The notes under the pieces: generated by a model
Databases searched by the model: none
Told to the model about the DNA's origin: nothing
The model's input: the letters and a program-made list of their open reading frames with translations, nothing else
Assembly (NCBI GenBank): GCA_965222155.1
Contig: CBDCTH010000012.1
Coordinates: 2,240,001 to 2,304,000, forward strand
Direction of reading: 5' to 3'
From: Gammaproteobacteria bacterium
GTDB taxonomy: Bacteria > Pseudomonadota > Gammaproteobacteria > Eutrophobiales > Eutrophobiaceae
Length of the DNA stretch: 64,000 bases
Shown here: positions 30,421 through 40,245 of the stretch, one piece after another
Layout: the number at the start of each line of letters is the position of its first letter
Position numbering within the stretch: position 1 is the first letter of the stretch
Translations under genes and position numbers: made by a program

Positions 30421-30889
30421 AAAGATTTCGTCAATATCCAGAGATTCCACTGTTGACTTGAATAATGCGCCTCATTATACTGAATTAACACTAAAAGTTT
30501 GCGAAAAACTTTTTTCGGCCTGTTCAAAAATCCCGGTTTTATAAGGGTTTGAGATACTATCTGGCGTTAGCGGGAATTGCTGTCCTCCCTCTGACAGTTC
30601 CCCCTAACTCCCGGGATCGAGGGCATCCTGCCCTCACTCTCCAGAAAATCCACAAACTCATCGACATTCTCATCCAAGATGGAGCCCGCAAAGGTTTCGT
30701 CAACACCTGGTGAATCCACCTTGAACGTCAACGTCGCGCCGTTTTCCTGATATTCGACCGTCATAGTAAGCGGTTGTTTTGCCGAGGGCTCTACCCCGAC
30801 AAAAAAACAGGACATTTTTCCTTTTAATTCAGTTAGTAACGATAGAATATGGAATGGTCGTGATTAGAAAATACTGACCATCGACTTGA

Positions 30890-31030
30890 TTAAAAACGTG
30901 CTGTAACATCCCAAGTCTTGCTGCCATTCTTTGTCGCACAAACATACTTGGCACCGCTATCAATGAAACTCTGTACAATTTTACCCACATCATCAGATGG
31001 TACCTCTTTCAAGCTCTCTTCTCTACTCAT
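30890..31030 (-). CDS. Small hypothetical protein (46 aa), not in ORF track
   Basis: GAGGAG RBS; MSREESLKEVPSDDVGKIVQSFIDSGAKYVCATKNGSKTWDVTARF, 26 nt downstream of the lipoprotein gene. Confidence 0.6.
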   Translation of the reverse strand: MSREESLKEVPSDDVGKIVQSFIDSGAKYVCATKNGSKTWDVTARF

Positions 31031-31056
31031 GATGATGTCTCCTCATTCGTTACCTG

Positions 31057-32046
31057 TTAGGTTGATTTACACTGTTCATGTTCAATAGCTTGCTTCCTCA
31101 GTTCGGTATACTCCGCCCCATAAAGCAATATCGTAATGGAAAATTTATGACCTTTCCCCTCCAGCCACTTTTTCAGACAACCACGCATTGTCGGATTTTT
31201 CTCAAGCTCCTTTTCTAATTCTTCGGTCCAAGTATCCGGTCTGTAGTGTGACTCTAACTGTATAATTCCCTCATACGCGTCCCTAGAAAGAATGTCTATA
31301 CATAACTTGAGTGCTCGCTCATAACTAGAATTCTTAGGATCATTAGCACGCATAGTAAGTAGTACCATGCAAGAATTTCGTATATAATTTTTATTTAAGA
31401 CCGCTTTAACCATATCCTTTACCGCTCTGGCAATTTCTTTTGCCGCATCAGCCCTTAACTCTACATGATGGATAGAACTACTGAATCGTCCGGAACTGGT
31501 TGCATTTGCTTTCGGTTTATCTTCCTTATCCTGCTCCTCAGATTCTGCCTTTCCGGTTATAAGAATTTGTCTTGGCACAACTGCACCAGTCAGTTGCTCG
31601 ATTGCTAAAATTACCGCCATAAGGTCTAGGCTTCGTCCCAGAAGGGCCACGGCCTGGATTTCGTTGATAGCTCCGTTTGAGTATGCTTCGCATATGCGAT
31701 AAAGCGCATCGCGCATCAACGTGATGGATTGTGTACGTAAACCGATACTCCCTGTGGAACTTTGTAATGCTTGTGCAATAGAAATCTCCCTTTCACTCGG
31801 ACCGGTTGCACTTAAACCCAGAGACGATGCATACGCTGCAAGCGCATCGGGACTGGGTTCAGCGCAATACTTTTGAAGGCCATTAAAGACTACAAGCCTT
31901 TGTTGTGCATCCAAATGAATTGCTTTGCCAACGCCTTTATCCTGATAGCTCGGTATATCTGTATGTCGACCAATTGTGTGTAAATTTGCACAACCAGTAA
32001 GACTTAATGACAATATCAATAAGGATAGCAAATATACACTTCGCAT
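31057..32046 (-). CDS. Uncharacterised lipoprotein
   Basis: MRSVYLLSLLILSLSLTG-C lipobox; CAEPSPDA and RTQSITLMRDALYRICEAY blocks; the track's 105-aa N-terminal extension is probably spurious. Confidence 0.75.
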   Translation of the reverse strand: MRSVYLLSLLILSLSLTGCANLHTIGRHTDIPSYQDKGVGKAIHLDAQQRLVVFNGLQKYCAEPSPDALAAYASSLGLSATGPSEREISIAQALQSSTGSIGLRTQSITLMRDALYRICEAYSNGAINEIQAVALLGRSLDLMAVILAIEQLTGAVVPRQILITGKAESEEQDKEDKPKANATSSGRFSSSIHHVELRADAAKEIARAVKDMVKAVLNKNYIRNSCMVLLTMRANDPKNSSYERALKLCIDILSRDAYEGIIQLESHYRPDTWTEELEKELEKNPTMRGCLKKWLEGKGHKFSITILLYGAEYTELRKQAIEHEQCKST

Positions 32047-32351
32047 TTTTTGGTTCATTAGACCACTTACAACCTGCTTCCTATTAGTTGCAAACCAATC
32101 TCTTCCCAAAAGTCCCTTTACCGCTGGTGGGGCAAGTAGTACAACACTCTTCATATCCTTTATCACCGTCAATTCCGGCTTCCCAATAACGGGAATCCGT
32201 TTTACCTCCATAGCAGACCAACCACTGCGGGATGCAGGATAATCGGTGTGTATAGTGGTCGACAGGTCCATAGGTATCGTCTTATCGCTGGCGGTAAATT
32301 CGTGATCAGCAATGTCTCCCACCGTTGGCGCCCGATTGGCTGGTCCCGTGA

Positions 32352-33140
32352 CTACCACCACCCCATCGCTTGACAGTCGCTATAGATTCGCCTGACGTTG
32401 TTGTATAGTTCGTCATGTATGCGATTGCGGGCGGGGTCGCTCGTTCTTTCCCAAAGCATCCTGCAATCATCTGGGTCCACCAAACATCCGTTGTATCTAT
32501 CTTTACTCCAGTCGCCACATAAAGGGGCCTGTAATTGACCACATCTCATATTCCTTGGCAACGCTCTCTGTCTTGAGGCTTCTGTAGCTAAAGATTTAAT
32601 GTACTGAGCTACAGTAATGAATTGATCTCTTGAGTTTCTGAAGCGCTCCTCATACTTCTGATAACTCAGATCTTCAAGGATGCTAGCGCATTGTGCATTG
32701 CGCTTCTTAACTGTATTAGCCTTAGCATCCGTTGTGTCCTTAGTATCCCTTGTGTCCCTGGCATAGTTGTCGTCTTTCGCGCACTTGGAAACTTCAATTC
32801 GGCAGTTGTCGTTCCCAGCTCTACTACATTCTGCAATCGCCTTACGTTCAGCCTCAGGTATTGATTTACCCCCCGCGGCACCATAGCCATTATTACTGCC
32901 GATAGCTAATGAACCGCAGGCGTTTTGAAACCAATTGACTTCTTTGCAATCTCTGCCCTCATGCCGACGACATTCGCTGATGGCTCTTTTTCTGGCCTCA
33001 GAGTAGTTGCTATAGCTCCAAGCTATCCCCCAAGCATAGCCGCCATCGGTTTTCTGACTGAAGACTATCGAACCATAGCTCGCATCAGCCTGTACGTATT
33101 CCAAACCCAGCACAAGGGTAACGATGCTAAAGACAGCTAA
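32352..33140 (-). pseudogene. DUF4189-domain secreted protein, 5' end truncated by IS1634
   Basis: YGSI...WGIAWSY...A...AISEC...C.....F.NACGSLA pattern; signal peptide LAVFSIVTLVLG abuts the IS end with no start codon. Confidence 0.75.
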
Positions 33141-35225
33141 CCCAAGTTTAACACCCCTATTTATAAGTTCTTATTATTCAATCAGTTAGAATTGATAAAT
33201 TTGGCTTCTGGCACTACAAAGCGCCCTTTGCCGGTCAGTTAACGTATCACACCACCGTCTTTTGCGTACCGCCAGGGTTCTCCTCGATGCCCAATAGCCT
33301 GTAGAGGGCCTGCTGCTCGGCTTCCGGGCGCGTGGCCTTGCGTACATGCAGGGTACGCCGGTCGGCACACCGGAAGGTGGCGGTCACCCGCTGCTGTCCC
33401 CCCAGCAGACGGCGCAAGGTAGACCAACTGGCCGTTTCCCCGTGCGCCCGCAGCCGCCGGCGGATAGTTTGCACCGCCTGATAGGCCAACACGGTGATGA
33501 ACAGGTGCCCCTCGGCGCGTGGCGGCGTCTGGTGACACACCGGACGCAGACCCAACTCCGATTTCAGGGAGCGGAACACGGCCTCCAGGTCGGTCAGCAG
33601 GGTATAGGTACGCCAGAGCGTCTCCGCATCCCAGTCAGTCAGGTTGCTACGCAGGCAATACACCCCGGGATGCGTCAGCAGGGAACCGTCATGGGGCCGC
33701 CGCTGCCAGGTGATGGACGCGGTCTGCTTGCCGCGGGAGTCGGGCGTTACCGTAATGTCGTAATGCGGTGCCATCCCCCGACTCGTCTCACGCAACCGAC
33801 CGAGGCGTTGGTGGATGCTGTTCAAGCCCTTGCGGGTACGCGGCCGCGCCAGCCCGTCGGCCAGGCGTTGCAGGCCGGCCTCGAAACGTTGTTGGAAGCG
33901 GGCCGCCATGGCGTTCTCCTTCTCGGCCCGTGCGGCCGAATAACAGTACAAGCGGGTCTCGTCCTCGCCCTGTTCCCGATGCAGTTGCAACGGCTGCCCG
34001 GCGGCGGTGTCAATCGTCACGGCCTGCTCCAGGTCAAATTGGCGGTGTCGGGCACGGCTCACCACCAGGTAACGGTAGCCCTGCTCACGCAGCCAGGTGA
34101 TGTTGGCCTCAGTGGCAATCCCCCGGTCCATGACCACCAAGGCCCCCGTCGGCGCTGCTAACGCCGTCAGCATGGCCGCCAGGGTACGGTCTTCCCGGAC
34201 AGTACCGGCAAATACCTGGGAGCGTCGTACAAAGCCACTGCCGTCCAGCACCAGCCCCAAGGTCAGCAACGGACAGTCACTGCGTGTCTCCTTCGAGTGG
34301 CCGCGGCGCGCCTTCGGCTGTGCCCCGGCCTCCCCCTCGAAGTAGGTGTTGGTCAAGTCATACAGGGTCACGGTGGGGGCTAAGCCGAACAAATCAGTCA
34401 CTTGCCGGAACAGGTGGCGTTCGATGTCGTTCCGGTGTGCCAGCAAGGCGTCCGAGGCACGATACAGTTGCAGGGCGCTCATGGCTTCAAAGTCTACCCC
34501 CAGCAACTCGCCCAGGGCGCTGCGCTGACCCAGCCAGGCATGGGTGGCCCGTTCCGACCCCGGTGCCGCCAGGCGCCCGATGATTGACCCCAGTGCGGCG
34601 GCCTGTTGCGGCCCGGTCAACCCCAGTCGTGCCAGCAAGGCCGGCACGCCCAGTTGCTGCAAGGCCCACAGGCCTACCGCTTCCACCCCCACCGAGCGTG
34701 GCCGCAGCAGGGCCAGGGAATCGACGGCCACCCGGTGCAGCACCTCCTCGGGGGACGCCGCGACGGGGGGCGCCGGGGCGCGGGCCAGCAGTTGGGCGGC
34801 GCTGCGTTGCGCTTCGGTTTCCACCGCCGCCGGACAATCCGGATCAAGCAAATCGGCCTGGCCGGCCAGCCAGTGCTCGATGCGGGCACAGAGCATCGGC
34901 CAGTGGGCCCGGTCGATATCGTAGTGACTGCCGAGGTTGAGCAGGGTGCGTTGGCGGACTTTCTCCCCTATGCGTTCGGTGCGCACCAGGCGGTAGGTGA
35001 AATACTTCTGGCCGGTGTCGGTATGACGGGTACGGGTGCGACGGATGAACAGGGGGGGTAGGATAGCGGACGGGGGAAGGCACGTCAAGAGACAAATATA
35101 ATATTATGGCACTACATTTGCTAAACTCCCCCACCTCACCATGAAAAATCAATCACTTACCGGCAGTTGCAGGTGAAAATCAGCCAAAATCAACCAAAAT
35201 TCGGGGGGTTGGTGTTAAACTTGGG
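33141..35225 (-). mobile_element. IS1634-family insertion sequence
   Basis: IRs CCCAAGTTTAACACC / GGTGTTAAACTTGGG flanking the transposase. Confidence 0.9.
33247..35088 (-). CDS. IS1634-family transposase
   Basis: FIRR...RLV..ER...VRQRTLLNLG, LYDLTNTYFEG, VVMDRGI, EAVFRSLKSELGLRP; true start probably near 35052 (CTG). Confidence 0.9.
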   Translation of the reverse strand: MTCLPPSAILPPLFIRRTRTRHTDTGQKYFTYRLVRTERIGEKVRQRTLLNLGSHYDIDRAHWPMLCARIEHWLAGQADLLDPDCPAAVETEAQRSAAQLLARAPAPPVAASPEEVLHRVAVDSLALLRPRSVGVEAVGLWALQQLGVPALLARLGLTGPQQAAALGSIIGRLAAPGSERATHAWLGQRSALGELLGVDFEAMSALQLYRASDALLAHRNDIERHLFRQVTDLFGLAPTVTLYDLTNTYFEGEAGAQPKARRGHSKETRSDCPLLTLGLVLDGSGFVRRSQVFAGTVREDRTLAAMLTALAAPTGALVVMDRGIATEANITWLREQGYRYLVVSRARHRQFDLEQAVTIDTAAGQPLQLHREQGEDETRLYCYSAARAEKENAMAARFQQRFEAGLQRLADGLARPRTRKGLNSIHQRLGRLRETSRGMAPHYDITVTPDSRGKQTASITWQRRPHDGSLLTHPGVYCLRSNLTDWDAETLWRTYTLLTDLEAVFRSLKSELGLRPVCHQTPPRAEGHLFITVLAYQAVQTIRRRLRAHGETASWSTLRRLLGGQQRVTATFRCADRRTLHVRKATRPEAEQQALYRLLGIEENPGGTQKTVV

Positions 35226-35392
35226 TTAGCGAGAACTGCTGCGGATTTAGTACATATGACAGGGCGAACGCATACTTTAGAATCCAGGTTATCGTCGTTC
35301 TGGCAATGGCAGTTCCACCCCGTGGCCCGGCCCAAAGTACCGCCTGAAAACCTCCGAAGGTTTTGTATGGCTGTCCGATTTCTCGCGCCATT

Positions 35393-35524
35393 CTCAATGT
35401 GAACTTTGAATCCCTGGAAGCGAAATTCGACTCCCTGGGAGTAAAACTCAACTTTCTATTCGCCTTGATTGGTCTGTTAGTGGTATTGGGTCTTATCCCG
35501 ATCATAGGCCCGTTGTTGGGCTGA
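35393..35524 (+). pseudogene. 3' fragment duplicate of the 37188-37514 gene
   Basis: Near-identical to ~37342-37514 but with two fewer 21-bp repeats and a frameshift. Confidence 0.8.
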
Positions 35525-35529
35525 CCGCA

Positions 35530-36681
35530 CTATTTTCTCGGCTCGACGGCATAACGTTCCTGCATGTAGGTCATCAGACTCGGGATGCCCGGCTGCCAAA
35601 TATCATCGGCCTCCGGCGGATTCCAGACGTAGCCCAGCTTACCAATCTGTTTCCGGCAGTGGTCGGTTTGTGTAGCCCCAGTGCCGGGTGGCAAGGCAGC
35701 GGCAATGACTGTATCCAACTCATGTTCTCTCATGGCCTCGGTACCGGCAAAGGCTTCAGCCACCCAGGCCGCCACATTCAATAACGATTTGTCCTTGAGT
35801 TCGCCGTAGCGATACCTGTAATAAGTCGTTCTTTTTCGGTTCACCTGCTCCCCGGCCCGGGCTACCATAGTATCATCAATCCGGGGAGTGCCCTCAGCCC
35901 GGGATGTTTCCCACAGGGCATCGCCCCATAGTTGCAGGAAATAAGGATAACGCTGGCTGTCTTCCACTACGCTATCCAGCGCCGTACCTTCCAGGCTGAT
36001 GCCCGCCTCGCTCAATGGTTTCACCAGCGCCTCGGCAGCGGCTGTCTTGTTCAAGCGCCCAACTCCCACTTTCTCGGCCCGGTCCCAGAAGGTGGCGGAC
36101 ATTGTATTCAGATGGTCGGGCAGGTCGGGGGTACCAGCCATGACCAGGAGAAAAGGTGCCTCCGCCCTGACTTTCTGGCTGGCGTTCAACAGGGCACGGC
36201 CCACATCCTTAGCCAGCGTATGCGCCTCGTCCAACAACAATACCAAGGGCTGAATTTGACAACGCGCCACCAACAGCTTTGTGAATGACCCGGAGCGACC
36301 GGCCAGGTCCCAGCTGAATTCGCCACTGACGACGGATACCTTTATGACGGATACCTTTATATGGTCAGGAATACATTCCCCGAAGCGGGTGGGCGGCACC
36401 GTCTCTGTCGCAAGGGCATCCAGAGTCAGGATGTCGTCCGGGGTCAACCAGACCACATCCGGCTGTTTTTTGCCGTTTTTAATATCCCGCTCAAACGAGC
36501 GCAGCAGCGCCGTCTTGCCGTTGCCGCGGGGGGCGGTCAGTATCACGTTAGCCGGGACGCCCCGGCCGATGTTCAGATATGACAGATATTTGTTCAGTAC
36601 CGCCTGTTCGGTCTCTCTACCGGCCAGGAACGGTGGCACCAGGCCATCACCGGGGACAAACGGATTACCAGTTAGTGTCAT
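35530..36681 (-). CDS. AAA ATPase (AAA_16-like), paralogue of 18391-19530
   Basis: NPFVPG.G..PPFLAGRE, APRGNGKT, LLLDEAH, YPYFLQLWG; 15-bp duplication (IKVSV x2) at 36331-36360. Confidence 0.8.
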   Translation of the reverse strand: MTLTGNPFVPGDGLVPPFLAGRETEQAVLNKYLSYLNIGRGVPANVILTAPRGNGKTALLRSFERDIKNGKKQPDVVWLTPDDILTLDALATETVPPTRFGECIPDHIKVSVIKVSVVSGEFSWDLAGRSGSFTKLLVARCQIQPLVLLLDEAHTLAKDVGRALLNASQKVRAEAPFLLVMAGTPDLPDHLNTMSATFWDRAEKVGVGRLNKTAAAEALVKPLSEAGISLEGTALDSVVEDSQRYPYFLQLWGDALWETSRAEGTPRIDDTMVARAGEQVNRKRTTYYRYRYGELKDKSLLNVAAWVAEAFAGTEAMREHELDTVIAAALPPGTGATQTDHCRKQIGKLGYVWNPPEADDIWQPGIPSLMTYMQERYAVEPRK

Positions 36682-36735
36682 GCCCGCAAGTATAGCAGGG
36701 TAATCAGGGACTCCTGTAATTGCTGTCGGTTTCTT

Positions 36736-36917
36736 CAGGTGCTCCCGCTAACTCGAGGTCAATACAGTGATTCTTGCCGAAGACAGGGAGGGACAGATTT
36801 AAATCTGTCCCCCAAGTTCCCCTGACCATAAGGGGGCATGTTTCCCTGGGAGGGAGGGCGTCTCGCCCTCCACGAGGGCAGGATGCCCTCGATCCCGGGG
36901 GTTAGTGGGAACTGCTG
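36736..36917. mobile_element. MITE-like element with CAGCAGTTCCCGCTAAC-type termini and internal palindromes
   Basis: Termini CAGGTGCTCCCGCTAAC / GTTAGTGGGAACTGCTG; internal GGGACAGATTTAAATCTGTCCC and GAGGGCAGGATGCCCTC; terminal motif recurs at ~16076, 30181, 30566, 30595, 35225, 36956. Confidence 0.6.
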
Positions 36918-37187
36918 TTTCTTTTATCAATTCCAGACAGCTTCTTCAAGCCGGACAGCAGTTCCCGCTAACGCGACATTACGATGTTAATACGGTTGAA
37001 CATAGGGTTGTTGCGCCGGATTAAAATCGTTTTCGGCAAGTGTTATTCCCGGGAACGACTGCAACCCGAACAATGCTGATGACATCCTGGCTGGCTTTGG
37101 GTATACTTGTCATGTCCCTCAGGACACGAAACTGAACGGCGCTTGAAAGCGCTCCCGTTTTTCCGGATGATCAAGGAGGATTGATAA

Positions 37188-37514
37188 ATGAATACCGTGA
37201 TCGATACGTTGCTTTTCTCGGATAAGCTCCGGCAAGGTGGCTTTGCCGTTGAGCAGGCCAATACCCTGGCTCGTGCCCTGGGTGACGAACTTGCTGAGCA
37301 GCTTGTAACAAAGTCCGACTTGAAAACGACTTCTGATACGCTCAATGTGAACTTTGAATCCCTGGAAGCGAAATTTGAGTCCCTGGAAGCAAAATTCGAC
37401 TCCCTCGAAGCAAAATTCGACCCCCTGGAAGTAAAACTCAATTTTCTATTCGCCTTGATAGGCCTGTTGGTGATATTGGGTCTTATCCCGATCATAGGCC
37501 CGTTGTTAAGCTAA
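37188..37514 (+). CDS. DUF1640/CCDC90-like coiled-coil membrane protein with 7-aa tandem repeats
   Basis: IDTL....L..GGF..EQA..L, LVTKSDL, four F(E/D)SLEAK-like repeats, C-terminal TM; AGGAGG RBS. Confidence 0.75.
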   Translation: MNTVIDTLLFSDKLRQGGFAVEQANTLARALGDELAEQLVTKSDLKTTSDTLNVNFESLEAKFESLEAKFDSLEAKFDPLEVKLNFLFALIGLLVILGLIPIIGPLLS

Positions 37515-37596
37515 CCACTGAAACAACTGTCTACAACTACCTCGCATGCTCTCAGCAAAGCTGTGGTGTGTCTATTTACAGTGAGGCGGCCTATCT

Positions 37597-38682
37597 GTGG
37601 GAACTGAAAAAATCATTGTTGGCGTCTCGGGTGGAGTCGATTCCTCCGTGGCCGCGTTGCTGCTGCTTGAACAGGACTACGAGGTGGAAGCCCTGTTTAT
37701 GAAGAACTGGGATGAAACCGATGAAACCGGCAGTTGCATCTGGGAAGCCGACGTGGAAGACGCCCTGGCGGTATGTGAAAAACTCCGCATCAGGCTGAAC
37801 ACCGTTGACCTGTCCGAGGCTTACTGGCATCAGGTATTTCAGCAGTTCCTGGACGAATACAGCCGCGGCCGCACCCCCAACCCTGACATTTTATGTAACC
37901 AGGAGATCAAGTTTCACGCCTTTCTCGAACACGCCGCGTTACTGGATGCCACCCGGATCGCAACGGGGCATTATGCGGCCATTCGACAATATGAAGGCCA
38001 ATATCTCCTCTACAAAGGCGCCGACCTGAACAAGGACCAGAGTTATTTCCTGTGCCGGCTGAACCAGGTGCAGTTAGCTCAAAGCCTGTTCCCGCTGGGC
38101 GCCTTGAAAAAGCCTGAAGTGCGCGCCCTGGCAAAAAAACACGGGCTGGCCACCCACGATAAAAAAGACAGCACCGGAATCTGTTTTATCGGTGAACGCC
38201 CGTTCCGCGACTTTCTTAGCCATTACCTCCCCGTACAAACCGGCCCTGTGCACAGCATCGACGGTGTGGACATCGGGGAACACCTGGGGATTCACTTCTA
38301 TACCCTGGGCCAGCGCCAGGGACTGGGCATCGGCGGAGTGAAAGGTTACCCGGAAAAACCCTGGTACGTAGTCGCAAAAGACGTCAAAAATAATGTGCTT
38401 ACGGTTGCCCAGGGGCATGATCACCCAGCCCTGTTCAGCCGCGGCCTGGTAGCTGCAAACCTGAACTGGATAGCAGGAACGCCGACCCTTCCCCTTGATT
38501 GCACCGTAAAAACACGCTACCGCCAGGCTGCTCAGGACTGTACCGTTGAGAATATGGCCGATGACAGGGTCAGGGTAAATTTCGCCCGGCCACAACGAGC
38601 CGTCACTCCGGGTCAATATGCGGTTTTCTACGAACACAACCTGTGCCTGGGCGGCGGGGTCATCGAAACTGCCCTGACCTGA
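37597..38682 (+). CDS. mnmA: tRNA 2-thiouridylase MnmA
   Basis: [45 protein letters not shown]. Confidence 0.97.
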   Translation: MGTEKIIVGVSGGVDSSVAALLLLEQDYEVEALFMKNWDETDETGSCIWEADVEDALAVCEKLRIRLNTVDLSEAYWHQVFQQFLDEYSRGRTPNPDILCNQEIKFHAFLEHAALLDATRIATGHYAAIRQYEGQYLLYKGADLNKDQSYFLCRLNQVQLAQSLFPLGALKKPEVRALAKKHGLATHDKKDSTGICFIGERPFRDFLSHYLPVQTGPVHSIDGVDIGEHLGIHFYTLGQRQGLGIGGVKGYPEKPWYVVAKDVKNNVLTVAQGHDHPALFSRGLVAANLNWIAGTPTLPLDCTVKTRYRQAAQDCTVENMADDRVRVNFARPQRAVTPGQYAVFYEHNLCLGGGVIETALT

Positions 38683-38689
38683 TTAGTCG

Positions 38690-40006
38690 TCAAACAGTTT
38701 TTTCTGCAATCCAGTGCGCGGCTGCGCGGTAATACCAGAGCAGGCTCAATGCACGCGCCAGGAAAAATACCATCAGGGCTAACCATAAACCGTGGTTGCC
38801 CAGACCTCCAAGCAGGTACCAGCACGGAAGATAGACGATGAACGTGGAAAACAACATGCCGTTTCTGAGTTCCCTGCCCCTGGTGGCGCCGATGAAAATA
38901 CCATCCAGCAGAAAACACCAGACGGAAATGATCGGTGAGACTATCATCCAGGGTAAATAGAGATACGCAGTTTCCCTGACAGGCGCGATATCCGTCATCA
39001 GATTTACCAGCCAGGTTCCGGCGAGAATAAACAGCAATGAGTACAGGAATGCAACGCCGCCACCCCAGGCCATCACCGAACGGACGGACTCATGAAATTG
39101 CTTATGGTCTTTTGCTCCAACAGCCTTGCCGACCAGGGCTTCGGCGGCATTGGCAAAGCCGTCCAGGCCCAGAGCCACCAACATCTGGAAGTTCAACAGG
39201 ATGGCATTTGCCGCCAGGATCAGTTCACCCTGGTTTGCGCCCTGCCGGGTAAAAAAAGCAAATGCGAAGATCAGGCACATGGTCCTTAAAAAGATATTCT
39301 GGTTCAATACCAGCAAGGCGGTAAAATCCTTCACATCAAAGATAACCGACCTGCGCCAGTGTCCCGGATGCCGTTTCAATTCCCCGTAAATGAAAAGACC
39401 CGCAAGTGCAGAGCCGGAGAACTGTGAGATGACGGAAGCCAGGGCCACCCCGCGTACATCCATATCCAGACCAAACACGAAAATAAAATCGAGAACAATA
39501 TTAAGAATACCGATCAATAAGGTGACATAAAACGTGGCCCGGGCATTTTGCATACCCAACAGCCAACCGACACAAGTCATGTTCAACAATACGGCCGGCG
39601 CTCCCCATACGGCCCAGTAGAAATATACCCCGGCGTTGCTCTTGACGTCCGGGGTGCCACCGATCAGGTCAAGGCCCAGGGTAATAATGGGGGTCTGGAG
39701 TAACAGGATGAAAAAGGCAATGATCACGCCGAGGAAGCAACTGTGTAACAGGACTGATCTGAGACGGTTGGGATTTCCATCTCCCTTGAGTTGGGCAATG
39801 ATGCCCACTGTCCCCATACGAAGAAAACCCATCCCCCAGTACAGGAAACTGAAAATCACGGAAGCCACTGCTACTGCGCCGATATACGCAGGGGTTTCCA
39901 GGTGCCCGACCACTGCCGTATCAACTATCCCCTGCAGGGCAATCGTCAAATTGGACAGGATTAACGGCCCCGCCAGGCGCAGCAGATGAGTATCACGTCC
40001 CGGCAT
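38690..40006 (-). CDS. MATE efflux transporter (DinF-like)
   Basis: LSNLT..LQGIVDTAVVGH, FLRMGT, LDGFA.AAE, many TM segments. Confidence 0.9.
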   Translation of the reverse strand: MPGRDTHLLRLAGPLILSNLTIALQGIVDTAVVGHLETPAYIGAVAVASVIFSFLYWGMGFLRMGTVGIIAQLKGDGNPNRLRSVLLHSCFLGVIIAFFILLLQTPIITLGLDLIGGTPDVKSNAGVYFYWAVWGAPAVLLNMTCVGWLLGMQNARATFYVTLLIGILNIVLDFIFVFGLDMDVRGVALASVISQFSGSALAGLFIYGELKRHPGHWRRSVIFDVKDFTALLVLNQNIFLRTMCLIFAFAFFTRQGANQGELILAANAILLNFQMLVALGLDGFANAAEALVGKAVGAKDHKQFHESVRSVMAWGGGVAFLYSLLFILAGTWLVNLMTDIAPVRETAYLYLPWMIVSPIISVWCFLLDGIFIGATRGRELRNGMLFSTFIVYLPCWYLLGGLGNHGLWLALMVFFLARALSLLWYYRAAAHWIAEKTV

Positions 40007-40022
40007 GGTTATAAACTGGATT

Positions 40023-40227
40023 TAACATGGATGCACAGGATAGACAAGATAACAAAAAGCGTTACCCCTTTTGTCCTCTGTTGCCACAAGGCATACACAG
40101 TTGGCGCAGGGGAAATATAGTAAACAGTTTTTAACCCCAAATCACTCGGAGTTCACAGGAAAAAATAGTCGTTTATCTTTATGCCCTCTGAATGGAAAAT
40201 CCTGTCTATCCTGTGCATCCATGTTAA
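40023..40227. repeat. Inverted pair of AACATGGATGCACAGGATAGACA
   Basis: Arms at ~40024-40046 and ~40204-40226. Confidence 0.7.
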
Positions 40228-40245
40228 TTTTTTGCCGCCTGTCTC

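Noticed and set aside
32047-32361. 105-aa N-terminal extension of the 434-aa ORF
   Set aside because: The lipobox signal peptide begins at Met 32046; the upstream frame is open by chance across gene fragments
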